From contig CAVZZO010000001.1 in assembly GCA_963779755.1 (NCBI GenBank), positions 1,184,001 through 1,248,000 of the forward strand: a DNA stretch of 64,000 nt, read 5' to 3'. Source of the stretch: an uncultured Gemmatimonadales bacterium. Lineage in GTDB: Bacteria; Gemmatimonadota; Gemmatimonadetes; Gemmatimonadales; GWC2-71-9. Shown one piece after another: positions 49,331 through 58,840 of the stretch (the stretch's first letter is position 1; each line of letters opens with the position of its first letter). Both the position numbers and the translations under genes were made by a program. The notes under the pieces are model-generated. The model saw nothing but the letters and a program-made list of their open reading frames with translations, was not told the origin of the DNA and did not search any database.

Positions 49331-49621
49331 ATCCACGGATTACCCGGATTCGCCTTCCCGCCGGTTCCCGGCTCCTCGAGAACGGGAACCGCAGATTACG
49401 CAGATTGGTCTCCTTGACCGGGCGACACTCCGATGCCGGCCCGAGCAACCCACACGAACAGGGCAGTGGTTGTCTGGTGGCTGACCGGCGAAGCTCAGCA
49501 GAGCGCCGCCGGCCACAAGAGCATCTGCGTAATCTGCGGATAGACGTCAGGGAGACGCGCTCGGGCGAGGACCTGCGGCCCGGCGCCCGGCGACTAACTA
49601 CCTCTGTGTAATCGGCGGATT
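49331..49621. repeat. Nested palindromic element (CGCAGATTA-type)
   Basis: perfect 17-bp inverted repeat ccgcagattacgcagat (49389-49405) / atctgcgtaatctgcgg (49523-49539) plus a degenerate outer pair. Confidence 0.75.
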
Positions 49622-49686
49622 CCGATTAGCTTCCCGGGTCCGCGGACCGCCAGTGCGGCGCGCGGTTCGCGGCCGGAAGTTGTTAC

Positions 49687-50361
49687 ATGCCAATAGCTTT
49701 GCCGCAACGCGAGGATTGCGTGCCCCACCGATCGGCCCTGATCGTTGCCCTCCTGCTCACCGCCTGCGGAGGTGGCGCCTCGCGCGGTGCCCCCGGCCAG
49801 GAACCCAAGCCCGAGGTCGAGGCTCGCGCCCTGTACACCACGCCGCTTTCCGGCCAGACCATCTCCGTTCTCCCGCTCACCATGGTGCTGGTGAGCGATT
49901 CGCTGCGGCAGGAGGATCTGCTGAGCAGCCGGGAGCGAACGCTGCCCTGGGTGGACTCGGTGCTGGGACAGACGCTGGAGAACCGGGCCTCCGAGGTGAA
50001 GTGGGTACTGCCGCCGGCCCTGCGCCGCATCGCGAAACGCGCGCCCGGCATTGCGCCCGATCCCGACCGTATGGGACAGGCCATCATGCGGGCGCCCAAG
50101 CTGGAGATTCTGCCCGATCCGCTGCGGGCATATGCGCGGGACATGGTCGCCCTGGCCGGGGGCCGCATGGTGCTGATTCCCTCGATCGTGACGTTCGACC
50201 AGCCGCAGCCCGGCACGGTGCGGGCCCGGCTGGCGATGGTGCTGGCCGATGTGCGGACGGCCAAGGTGATCTGGCGGACGCTGGCGCCCGGCACCGGCTC
50301 GACGCCGGGGACGGCCCTGGAGGCGGCGCTCCGGACGGTTCTCCCGGTGGAGATGGAGTAG
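49687..50361 (+). CDS. Hypothetical lipoprotein
   Basis: lipobox LLTAC; true start may be GTG 49720; stop 2 bp before the next ATG. Confidence 0.7.
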   Translation: MPIALPQREDCVPHRSALIVALLLTACGGGASRGAPGQEPKPEVEARALYTTPLSGQTISVLPLTMVLVSDSLRQEDLLSSRERTLPWVDSVLGQTLENRASEVKWVLPPALRRIAKRAPGIAPDPDRMGQAIMRAPKLEILPDPLRAYARDMVALAGGRMVLIPSIVTFDQPQPGTVRARLAMVLADVRTAKVIWRTLAPGTGSTPGTALEAALRTVLPVEME

Positions 50362-50363
50362 GC

Positions 50364-51380
50364 ATGGACGTCGAATGCACCCTGATCCCGGGCGACGGTA
50401 TCGGCCCGGAAATCACCCGGGCCACGCGGCAGGTCCTGGAGGCCACCGGCATCCGCTTCATCTGGGACGAGCAGCTGGCCGGCATGGCCGCGGTCGAAGC
50501 GGCCGGCACGCCGTTGCCCGATGCGACGCTCGACAGCATCCGCCGTACCCGCCTGGCCCTGAAGGGGCCGCTCACCACGCCGGTAGGTACCGGCTTCCGG
50601 TCGGTGAACGTCGCGCTGCGGAAAGAGTTCGAGCTCTTCGCCAACATCCGGCCCGCGTGCAGCATGATGCCGGGCGGCCGGTACGACGGGATCGATATCG
50701 TCCTGGTGCGGGAGAATCTCGAGGGACTCTACATCGGGGTGGAGCACTTCGTGCGCATCGGCGAGGATCCCCGCGCCGTGGCCGAGTCGCTGGCCATCGT
50801 CACCCGCGAAGGATGTGAGCGTATCGTGCGATACGCCTTCGAGTACGCGGTGCAGCGGTGCCGCCGCAAGGTCACCATCGTGCACAAGGCCAACATCCTG
50901 AAGATGGTGAGCGGCCTCTTCCTCGAGGTGGGACGGCAGGTGGCGAAGGAGTACGCCGGGCGGATCGAATCCGGCGACATGATCGTGGACAACGCCGCCA
51001 TGCAGCTGGTGCTCCGGCCGGAGCAGTTCGACGTCATGGTAACGACCAACATGTTCGGCGACATCCTGAGCGACGAAGTGAGCGGCCTGGTGGGAGGGCT
51101 GGGGCTGGCGCCCGGCGCCAATATCGGGACCGGCGCGGCCGTCTTCGAGGCGGTGCACGGGTCCGCGCCCGACATTGCGGGCCAGAACGTCGCGAACCCC
51201 TCGGCCCAGATCCTGGCCGCGGCGCTGATGCTGGACCATCTGGGCCGGGTGGAGGACGGAGAGCGGGTGCGCCGGGCGGTGCGCGGGGCGATTGTCGAGG
51301 ACAACGTGCGGACCCGCGACCTGGGCGGGACCGCTTCCACCGCCGACTTCGGCGCGGCCGTTGCTCGCCGGGTTGCCTGA
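50364..51380 (+). CDS. Isocitrate/isopropylmalate dehydrogenase family protein (NAD-IDH-like)
   Basis: [50 protein letters not shown]. Confidence 0.93.
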   Translation: MDVECTLIPGDGIGPEITRATRQVLEATGIRFIWDEQLAGMAAVEAAGTPLPDATLDSIRRTRLALKGPLTTPVGTGFRSVNVALRKEFELFANIRPACSMMPGGRYDGIDIVLVRENLEGLYIGVEHFVRIGEDPRAVAESLAIVTREGCERIVRYAFEYAVQRCRRKVTIVHKANILKMVSGLFLEVGRQVAKEYAGRIESGDMIVDNAAMQLVLRPEQFDVMVTTNMFGDILSDEVSGLVGGLGLAPGANIGTGAAVFEAVHGSAPDIAGQNVANPSAQILAAALMLDHLGRVEDGERVRRAVRGAIVEDNVRTRDLGGTASTADFGAAVARRVA

Positions 51381-51669
51381 GGCGCCCTGTGCGCGCTGCG
51401 GCCGGCGGGTGCCGGGGCTCGCCTGGGGCGGCCTCTGCCCCGACTGCACCCGCCTGCGGAAGCGGCGGGCCGATAAACTGGGGCGGCGCATTGCCCTGGC
51501 CGCGGCGCTGCTGATGGGCCTGTACGCCATCCTGCGGGTGCCGGAAGATCCCATGGCGCGGATCTATGCGGCCATCGCGGTGGTGGCCACCTACATCATC
51601 GTCGGGCGGATCGCGAGCCGCGTAGCCATGGACTTCCTGCCCGCGGAGAAGGAGGAAAAGCCGCAATGA
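51373..51669 (+). CDS. Small membrane protein with CxxC...CxxC zinc-ribbon-like N-terminus
   Basis: CARC and CPDC, then two TMs; fills the operon gap with overlaps at both ends; TTG start uncertain. Confidence 0.65.
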   Translation: MPEAPCARCGRRVPGLAWGGLCPDCTRLRKRRADKLGRRIALAAALLMGLYAILRVPEDPMARIYAAIAVVATYIIVGRIASRVAMDFLPAEKEEKPQ

Positions 51670-53015
51670 AATCACTTCGGTGGCTGCTGGGACTGGCCGC
51701 CCTCTTCGCGCTGCCGCTTCAGGCCCAGGCTCCCTCGGTGACGATCTACAACGACGGCCGGGTGCTGGTGCGGCGGACCTTCCCGGTCGCCCTGCCGAAG
51801 GGCGTCTCCACCCAGCGGCTCACCACCGGCGCGCTGGATCCGGCCTCGGTCTTTCCGCTCGATCAGGACGTGCGGCTGGTCCGCGCGGCTTTCGACGGCG
51901 GTCTCGACCAGGAAGCCGCCCTCCGGCGCTCGGTGGGGCGGGAGCTGCGCTTCTGGCGGGAGAAGCCCGGCGACACCGTCCGCGCGACGGTGCTCTCGGC
52001 CGATCCGCTGAAACTGCGGCTGGGCGACGGCAGCATCATCTTCAGTCCTCCCGGTATGGCGCTCTATCCGGCCGATCTGCTGCCCGGTGGGCCGGAGCTT
52101 TTGCTGACGGTCGACGCCGCCCAGGCGCAACGCACGCTCGGCCTGGGATACCTCACCCAGGGGGCCAACTGGAGTGCCGGCTATACCGTGCTGCTGGGGA
52201 AGGGAGGCCAGGCTACGGTGCAGGGAGCCGCGGTGATCGACAACGGGAGCCTCGATCTCGACAGTGTGGCCGTGCAGCTCCTGGCGGGCAACGTGAGCCG
52301 GGCGCAGCCCCAACAGGGGCCGCAGCCCTTTATGGCGCGGGCGGCGGCACCGAAGGAGTCGGGCGTCATTCCCGGCGAGCAGCGCAGCGGCGAGTTTCAC
52401 CTCTACACCCTCCCTGGGGCCGTGAGCTTCCGGCCGGGGGTGACGTCGGTGGTGAGCCTGTTCGATCCGGCCAGTACCGGTTATCAGAAGCGCTACCAGG
52501 TGGCGGGCGAGCTGCCCTGGTGGGGCGGGCTGCCCCAGCATCCGGACGAGCAGGACGTTCCGGTGGAAGTGACCTATACCCTGGGGCGGCCCGCGAAGAG
52601 CAACTTCGGGTCGCGGCCGTTGCCCGGCGGTGTCGCCCGCCTCTACCAGCCGGACAGCGAGGGGCGTCCCCAACTGGTCGGGGAAGCCGCTGTGGGCCAT
52701 ACCCCGGCCGGACAGGACCTGCGGATCGCCGCGGGCACGGCGTTCGATCTCACAGCGCGGCGGACCCAGACCAGCTACGCGCTACAGCGGGACAGCAGCC
52801 GGACCACGGCAACGGCCGCCTACGAGGTAAAGCTGGCCAACGCCACCGATTCAACCGCCACCGTGGAGGTGCTGGAGCAGCGGGCCGGCGACTGGGAAGT
52901 GGTCTCCAGCTCGGCGCCGGCGGAGCGGACGTCCTCCACCACCGTCCGCTTCCGGGTGCGGGTGCCGGCGGGCGGCGAGACGGTGTTGCGCTACCGGGTG
53001 CGGGTGCGGTGGTAA
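51666..53015 (+). CDS. DUF4139 domain secreted protein
   Basis: signal peptide, VTIYND, YLT.G.NWSA.Y, FHLYTL, PLPGG.ARLY, G.AFD. Confidence 0.85.
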   Translation: MKSLRWLLGLAALFALPLQAQAPSVTIYNDGRVLVRRTFPVALPKGVSTQRLTTGALDPASVFPLDQDVRLVRAAFDGGLDQEAALRRSVGRELRFWREKPGDTVRATVLSADPLKLRLGDGSIIFSPPGMALYPADLLPGGPELLLTVDAAQAQRTLGLGYLTQGANWSAGYTVLLGKGGQATVQGAAVIDNGSLDLDSVAVQLLAGNVSRAQPQQGPQPFMARAAAPKESGVIPGEQRSGEFHLYTLPGAVSFRPGVTSVVSLFDPASTGYQKRYQVAGELPWWGGLPQHPDEQDVPVEVTYTLGRPAKSNFGSRPLPGGVARLYQPDSEGRPQLVGEAAVGHTPAGQDLRIAAGTAFDLTARRTQTSYALQRDSSRTTATAAYEVKLANATDSTATVEVLEQRAGDWEVVSSSAPAERTSSTTVRFRVRVPAGGETVLRYRVRVRW

Positions 53016-53866
53016 CACCGGTGGCCCTGGTGCATCTCTCCGACCTCCATTTTGGGGGGCCGGCGGATCTGGACCAGTTGGAGGCGCTGGAGGAGCTGGT
53101 GCCGACGCTCGGCGCCGGCGCGGTGGCCGTCTCGGGTGATTTTACCCAGCGGGCGAGACACGGCGAGTTCCAGGCCGCCCGGGCCTTCGTGCGCGGGCTA
53201 AGCCGGAGCGTGCCGGTGCTGGTCATTCCGGGCAACCACGATGTCGAATGGTGGTGGAGTCCCTTCCTCTTGCGGGGCCGCGGACCCCTCTACCGGAAGT
53301 ACCGGCGCTACTTCGGGGAGAACCTGACGCCGGTGATGAACGTGCCCGGGGCGGTGCTGGCGGGGGCGCTCTCCAGCCACGGCGTGGCGGCCGGTTCGCT
53401 CACGCCCAACCTGCGCGATCTGGCCGTGATCGGCCATCTGCCGCGGGCGGAGACCGACCGTCTGGCAGGCGTCTTCGCCGCGGCCCCCGAGGGGGTGCTC
53501 CGGGTGGTGGTGGTGCACCACAACGTGCTCCGGGGCGAGCTCTCGGGCCGGGACGGGCTGGCCAACTGGCGGCGGGCGCAGCAACGGCTGGTCCGTTCCG
53601 GCGCCGACCTGGTGCTGTGCGGGCACGATCACCAGGAACGGGTGGGCCAGCTGGAAGGGCGCACGGTGGTCTGCACCGCCGGGACCCACAGCCGCCGCTC
53701 GCGCGCTGGCCGGGAGGCGGTGTTCCACCTGATCCGGGCCGAGGACGAAACCATCCGGGTGGAGCAGTATCGCTGGGACCGCGCAGTCCGGCGTTTCGAT
53801 CGTTCCGATACTCACGTTTTTGCGAGACAGGCTGCCTATGCCGTCGCGGCGAGCAAAGCACTCTGA
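53009..53866 (+). CDS. Calcineurin-like metallophosphoesterase
   Basis: HLSDLHFG, SGD, PGNHD, HH, GHDH. Confidence 0.9.
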   Translation: MVTPVALVHLSDLHFGGPADLDQLEALEELVPTLGAGAVAVSGDFTQRARHGEFQAARAFVRGLSRSVPVLVIPGNHDVEWWWSPFLLRGRGPLYRKYRRYFGENLTPVMNVPGAVLAGALSSHGVAAGSLTPNLRDLAVIGHLPRAETDRLAGVFAAAPEGVLRVVVVHHNVLRGELSGRDGLANWRRAQQRLVRSGADLVLCGHDHQERVGQLEGRTVVCTAGTHSRRSRAGREAVFHLIRAEDETIRVEQYRWDRAVRRFDRSDTHVFARQAAYAVAASKAL

Positions 53867-53891
53867 GTCTTCCGGCCGGTTGCGGCTCGGC

Positions 53892-54572
53892 ATGCCGGCC
53901 GACCAGCTCCTGGAGCGCCGGCTGCGTCTCCTGGGGCTGCGGAACATGCAGCGGATCAGGACTCATACCAACCGGACGGTCATGGTGACCTGGCACCGCG
54001 GAACCCTGCGGATTCATCGCGGCTACGCCTTCGCGCCCGACCGGGTGCTGCGCGCCATCGTACGCTTTCTCCGTCCCGGGCTGAAGCCGGGAGAGCGGAA
54101 GGCGGTAGAGCACGAGTTCCTGAGCTTCCCCGTGGAGCGCCACGCGCCCACGCCGCCGGGCAGCCGCTGCGGCCTGGAACGTCCCCAGCCCGGCGATCTC
54201 CGCCTTCTGCACCGGTTGGCCCTCCTGCACGAACGGCTCAATCAGAGGTATTTTGGCGGCCGGTTGCGCACCGTTCCTTTCCGGCTTTCGGGCCGGATGC
54301 GGACCCGCCTGGGAGAAGTGAGCGTCGAGATCGGCAGCGGCAAGCCGGTCGAGATCGCGCTGAGCCGGCTGCACCTGCGGCTGCATGCCTGGGAGGAGGT
54401 CGAGCATACCGTGCTGCACGAGATGATCCACCAGTGGCAGGCGGAGACGGGGCATCCGGTGGATCATGGCCCCATTTTCCGGCGCAAGGCACGCGAGCTG
54501 GGCGTTGCGCCCCGGGCCCGGCGGCGGGTGGGCGCCTCGCCCCGCCGCCTCACCGGCAGCAATGCGTCCTGA
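53892..54572 (+). CDS. SprT-like zinc metalloprotease domain protein
   Basis: LNQRYFGG, RMRTRLG, TVLHEMIH, DHGPIF; start uncertain. Confidence 0.85.
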   Translation: MPADQLLERRLRLLGLRNMQRIRTHTNRTVMVTWHRGTLRIHRGYAFAPDRVLRAIVRFLRPGLKPGERKAVEHEFLSFPVERHAPTPPGSRCGLERPQPGDLRLLHRLALLHERLNQRYFGGRLRTVPFRLSGRMRTRLGEVSVEIGSGKPVEIALSRLHLRLHAWEEVEHTVLHEMIHQWQAETGHPVDHGPIFRRKARELGVAPRARRRVGASPRRLTGSNAS

Positions 54573-54585
54573 CGCTATCTTTCCC

Positions 54586-54730
54586 GCGACTAGCGACTAG
54601 CGACTAGCGACTAGCGACTAGCGACTAGCGACTAGCGACTAGCGACTAACGACTAACGACTAGCCACTAACGACTAACGACTAGCGACTAGCGACTGGCA
54701 ACTAGCGACTGGCAACTGGCAACTGGCAAC
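54586..54730. repeat. Heptamer tandem array (GCGACTA)n, about 20 units
   Basis: read directly; units drift GCGACTA > ACGACTA > GCGACTG > GCAACTG. Confidence 0.95.
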
Positions 54731-54757
54731 TTCGACCTTCGACCCCCGACGACCTTC

Positions 54758-55942
54758 ATGGCATCCCAATTCTCCGGCCTCGACTTCTACGATATCGACA
54801 GCCTCCTCTCCGAAGAGGAGCGCGCCGTTCGCGATACGGTCCGTACCTGGGTGGATGAGTCGCTGATGCCACTGATCGGCGAGTGCTACATCGAGGGGCG
54901 GTTTCCCGCAGAACTGATTCCCGGCATGGCGGAGTTGGGGCTCTTCGGCGCCAACCTGCCCGAGGAATACGGCTGCGCCGGGCTCAATAACGTGGCCTAC
55001 GGGCTGATCATGCAGGAGCTGGAGAGGGGCGACAGCGGCGTGCGCTCCTTCGCCTCGGTGCAGGGCGCATTGGTGATGTACCCGATCTTCGCCTTCGGCA
55101 GCGAGGAGCAGCGCCAGCGCTGGCTGCCCACCCTGGCCTCGGGCGAAGACATCGGGTGCTTCGGCCTGACGGAGCCGGACTACGGCTCCAACCCCGGCGG
55201 GCTGATCACCACCGCGCGGGAAACGAAGGATGGCTGGGTCCTGAACGGGACCAAGATGTGGATCACCAACGGGTCGCAGGCAACCGTGGCGGTGGTCTGG
55301 GCCAAGACCGGCAAGCTGGACGATCCCGGGTCCATTCGCGGGTTCATCGTTCCCAAGGACACGAAGGGGTTCTCCGCCCGGGACCAGAAGGGCAAGCTCT
55401 CGCTCCGGGCCAGCGACACCAGCGAGCTGATCCTGGAGGACGTGCAGGTGCCGAAGGACGCGCTCCTGCCCAAATCGGGCGGGCTCAAGAGCCCGCTGAT
55501 GTGCCTGACCCAGGCCCGCTACGGCATCGCCTGGGGGGCGATCGGCGCGGCCATGGCCTGCTACGACGAAGCCCTGAGCTACGGCAAGAACCGCATCATG
55601 TTCGGCCGGCCCATCGCGCAGACCCAGATCCAGCAGGTCCGCCTGGCCGAGATGCTGACCGAGATCACCAAGGCGCAGTTCCTCACGCTGCAGCTGGGGC
55701 GGCTGAAAGACCGGAAAACCATGACCCCGCAGCAGGTCTCCCTGGCCAAGCGGAACAATGTGAACATGGCCTGCGAGGCCGCCCGCGAGTCCCGGCGCCT
55801 GCTGGGCGCCAACGGGATCCTGGCCGAGTATCATTCCATGCGACACCTCGCCAACCTCGAGTCGGTGTACACCTACGAGGGGACGCACGACATGCATTCG
55901 CTTATTCTGGGCGAGGCGGTGACGGGGATGAGCGCGTTCTAG
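54758..55942 (+). CDS. Acyl-CoA dehydrogenase (glutaryl-CoA dehydrogenase-like)
   Basis: ELERGDSG.RS..SVQ, GCFGLTEPDYGS, KMWITNG, LTQARYGIAWG, TYEGTHD. Confidence 0.93.
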   Translation: MASQFSGLDFYDIDSLLSEEERAVRDTVRTWVDESLMPLIGECYIEGRFPAELIPGMAELGLFGANLPEEYGCAGLNNVAYGLIMQELERGDSGVRSFASVQGALVMYPIFAFGSEEQRQRWLPTLASGEDIGCFGLTEPDYGSNPGGLITTARETKDGWVLNGTKMWITNGSQATVAVVWAKTGKLDDPGSIRGFIVPKDTKGFSARDQKGKLSLRASDTSELILEDVQVPKDALLPKSGGLKSPLMCLTQARYGIAWGAIGAAMACYDEALSYGKNRIMFGRPIAQTQIQQVRLAEMLTEITKAQFLTLQLGRLKDRKTMTPQQVSLAKRNNVNMACEAARESRRLLGANGILAEYHSMRHLANLESVYTYEGTHDMHSLILGEAVTGMSAF

Positions 55943-56077
55943 GAACCAGGGATCAGGAATCGGGAATCAGGGCGACCTCCCCCCGCCCCGGTCCCCGATT
56001 CCCGGCTCCTGATCCCTGCCCGATTAAGTTTGGGGAGCCCGTCTCCCACCGGAACCAAGTGACATGAGGAGATCCCC

Positions 56078-56827
56078 TTGAAGATCGCAGTCTGCCTCAA
56101 GCGCGTCCCCGATACGACGGCCAAGATCGTCATCGGGGCCGACGGTAAATCCATCGATGAATCGGGGGTGAAGTTTGTCCCCAATCCCTACGACGAATTC
56201 GCCCTGGAAGAGGCGCTCAAGCTCAAGGAGCAGGCCGGCGGCGGCGAGACGGTCGTGGTCAGCCTCGGCAGCGATGCCTCCCAGGAGACGATCCGCACCG
56301 CGCTGGCCATGGGCATCGATCGCGGCGTGTTGCTGCAGGCCGCGCCCCCGGCCGACGGGCTCGCGACCGCGCGCGCGCTGGCGGCCGAGCTGAAAGAGGG
56401 CGCGTTCGATCTCATCCTCTTCGGCAAGCTGTCGGTCGACGACTATAACCATCAGGTCGGCGTGATGACCGCCGAGCTGCTGGAGTTGCCGTGCGTCACC
56501 AGCGTCGCGCACCTCACGGTGAAGGACGGGGCGCTGGAGGCCGAGCGGGAAATCGAAGGCGGGGTCGAGGTCGTCACCTGCAGCCTGCCGGCGGTGCTCA
56601 CCTGTGACAAGGGCCTCAACAATCCCCGGCTGCCGTCCCTCAAGGGCATCATGGCCGCCAAGAAGAAGCCGCTGGAGAGCAAACCGGTGACACTCGAAGC
56701 CGGCACGCTCGAGGTGCAAGGCCTGATGCCGCCGCCCGAGCGGCCCGAAGGGAAGATCGTGGGCGAAGGGCCGGACGCCGTGTCGGAACTCGTCCGCCTG
56801 CTGCGGACCGAAGCCAAGGTGCTGTGA
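56078..56827 (+). CDS. etfB: Electron transfer flavoprotein subunit beta
   Basis: KRVPD, NPYDEFALEEAL, ALAMG.D, PRLPSLKGIMAAKKK; GAGGAG RBS before TTG. Confidence 0.95.
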   Translation: MKIAVCLKRVPDTTAKIVIGADGKSIDESGVKFVPNPYDEFALEEALKLKEQAGGGETVVVSLGSDASQETIRTALAMGIDRGVLLQAAPPADGLATARALAAELKEGAFDLILFGKLSVDDYNHQVGVMTAELLELPCVTSVAHLTVKDGALEAEREIEGGVEVVTCSLPAVLTCDKGLNNPRLPSLKGIMAAKKKPLESKPVTLEAGTLEVQGLMPPPERPEGKIVGEGPDAVSELVRLLRTEAKVL

Positions 56828-56829
56828 TC

Positions 56830-57798
56830 ATGCCGACCATTCTTGCCGTGACCGAACAGCGGAACGGATCTCTGCGCAAGGTGTCCCAGGAGGTCGTCGC
56901 CGCGGCGCGCCTCCTGGCGGGCGCCGACGGCACCGTAGCCGCCCTGGTTCTCGGAGCCGGCACCGTGACCGGCACCGAGGCGCTGGGCAAGGCCGGTGCC
57001 GACAAGATCCTCCAGGCCTCCCACGACGATTTTGCCCTGTACAATCCCGACGGCTACGCCGCCACCATCGCCGCGGTGGCCTCCGGGTACGATGGGGTCG
57101 TCTTTGCCGCTACCGCCACCGGCCGCGACCTGGCGCCCCGCGCCGCCGCCCGGCTGGGACAGGGCCTCGCCACTGACGTGACCGACATCGCCCGGGAGGG
57201 CGGGCAGATCACCGTCACCCGGCCGATCTACGCCGGCAAGGTGCTGCAGAAGCTCACCCTCACCGGCAAGCCCGCCCTGCTCTCCGTCCGGCCCAATACC
57301 TTCCGGCCCGAAGCGGCCGACCGGCCCGGAACCGCCGAATCGGTGACGGTTCCGGATTTCACCGCGCGCGTCACCGTCAAGGAGATCAAGGCGCCGGCCT
57401 CGGCGGCGCTGGATGTGGCGGAGGCCCCCATCGTCGTCTCTGGGGGCCGCGGCCTCAAGGAACCGGAGAATTTCAAGCTGCTGGAGGAGCTGGCGGGTGC
57501 GTTGGGCAACGCCGCCGTCGGGGCCAGCCGGGCGGTGGTGGATGCCGGCTGGCGCGACCACGCGACCCAGGTAGGGCAGACCGGCAAGACGGTGAGCCCC
57601 AGCCTCTATGTGGCCGTGGGCATCTCCGGGGCCATCCAGCACCTGGCCGGCATGCGGACCGCCAAGACGATCGTCGCCATCAACCGCGACAAGGACGCTC
57701 CGATCTTCAAGGTGGCCGATTACGGCATCGTGGGCGATCTCTTCGAGGTCGTCCCCAGACTCACCGAAGCGGTCAGGAAGGCCCGCGCCGAGCAGTAG
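56830..57798 (+). CDS. etfA: Electron transfer flavoprotein subunit alpha
   Basis: [35 protein letters not shown]. Confidence 0.95.
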   Translation: MPTILAVTEQRNGSLRKVSQEVVAAARLLAGADGTVAALVLGAGTVTGTEALGKAGADKILQASHDDFALYNPDGYAATIAAVASGYDGVVFAATATGRDLAPRAAARLGQGLATDVTDIAREGGQITVTRPIYAGKVLQKLTLTGKPALLSVRPNTFRPEAADRPGTAESVTVPDFTARVTVKEIKAPASAALDVAEAPIVVSGGRGLKEPENFKLLEELAGALGNAAVGASRAVVDAGWRDHATQVGQTGKTVSPSLYVAVGISGAIQHLAGMRTAKTIVAINRDKDAPIFKVADYGIVGDLFEVVPRLTEAVRKARAEQ

Positions 57799-57819
57799 TT
57801 CTGCCGGCGGCTTCGCCAG

Positions 57820-57853
57820 GGCTCCGGGCCTCCGCCCGGAGCCTCTCCTTTTT
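57820..57853 (+). terminator. putative terminator after etfA
   Basis: 10-bp stem GGCTCCGGGC / GCCCGGAGCC followed by TCTCCTTTTT. Confidence 0.55.
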
Positions 57854-57882
57854 CCGGCTCGCAGCGTCCGCCCCGGGTTGCC

Positions 57883-58743
57883 ATGCTCGACTCCGCTCTT
57901 ATTGCCGCCGATGCCGCACGCCTGGCCCGACTGGCGCTGGCCGAAGACGGCGAGCGCGATATCACCACCGAGATCACCGTCACCGGCGGCGAACCGGCGG
58001 CGGCGGCCATCGAATTCCGCACCGGTGGCGTCATGGCCGGAGAGGTGTACGCCAGGGCGGTGGCAGAGCAGTGCGGCTGCCGCCTGACCTGGAGCGTGGC
58101 CGACGGTGTGCGGGTGGCGCCGGGCTCGGATGCCGGCATGCTGCGCGGCCCCCTGGCCGCCATCCTGCGGGCCGAGCGCCCCTTGCTGAACCTGCTGCAG
58201 CGCGCCTGCGGCATCGCCGGTGCCACCCGCGCCTATGTGGACGCCGTCGCCGACACCGGCGCCCGGATTCTGCATACCCGGAAGACGGCGCCCGGGTTGC
58301 GCCTGCTGGACGTCTCGGCGGCGCTGGCCGGCGGGGCCGCGCTGCACCGGCTGGATCTGTCGACCACCGTCATGGTGAAGGACAACCACTGGCAGGCCCT
58401 GCACCGGGAGGGCCGCACCCTGGCGGCGGCGCTGGAGGAGGCGCGCCGCCGGGGTATCCGGTCGCTGCAGGTGGAGGTGGAGAGCGAAGCCCAGGTCAGG
58501 GAAGCCTGCGACGCCGGCGCCACCCGGCTGCTCATCGACAACCAGACGCCGGAAACGGTGCGCACCTGGGCCGAGATCGCCCGGGAGCAACGGTCGGTCA
58601 TCGAGATCGAAGCGACCGGCGGCATTACCCTGGAAAACGTCCGCGGCTACGCTGAGGTGGGGGCGGACTTCATCTCCGTAGGCGCGCTCACCCATAGCGT
58701 CCGTGCGGCCGATCTGGGGCTGGAGGTGAGACGTGACACGTGA
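57883..58743 (+). CDS. nadC: Nicotinate-nucleotide diphosphorylase (carboxylating)
   Basis: ALAED...DIT, ER..LN, TRKTAPG.R, HR, KDNH, EVE, GALTHS. Confidence 0.93.
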   Translation: MLDSALIAADAARLARLALAEDGERDITTEITVTGGEPAAAAIEFRTGGVMAGEVYARAVAEQCGCRLTWSVADGVRVAPGSDAGMLRGPLAAILRAERPLLNLLQRACGIAGATRAYVDAVADTGARILHTRKTAPGLRLLDVSAALAGGAALHRLDLSTTVMVKDNHWQALHREGRTLAAALEEARRRGIRSLQVEVESEAQVREACDAGATRLLIDNQTPETVRTWAEIAREQRSVIEIEATGGITLENVRGYAEVGADFISVGALTHSVRAADLGLEVRRDT

Positions 58744-58840
58744 GACGTAAGAGGTAAGGCGGACCTTTCCCTTTTCCCCTTTTCCCACCCCTATATTTCC
58801 ACCGCGCCGTTCCATCCGACCAGATCCAGGAGCCGCTTTC

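Noticed and set aside
54586..54730. CRISPR array or coding repeat
   Set aside because: Pure 7-bp tandem without spacers; it contains recurring stop codons.
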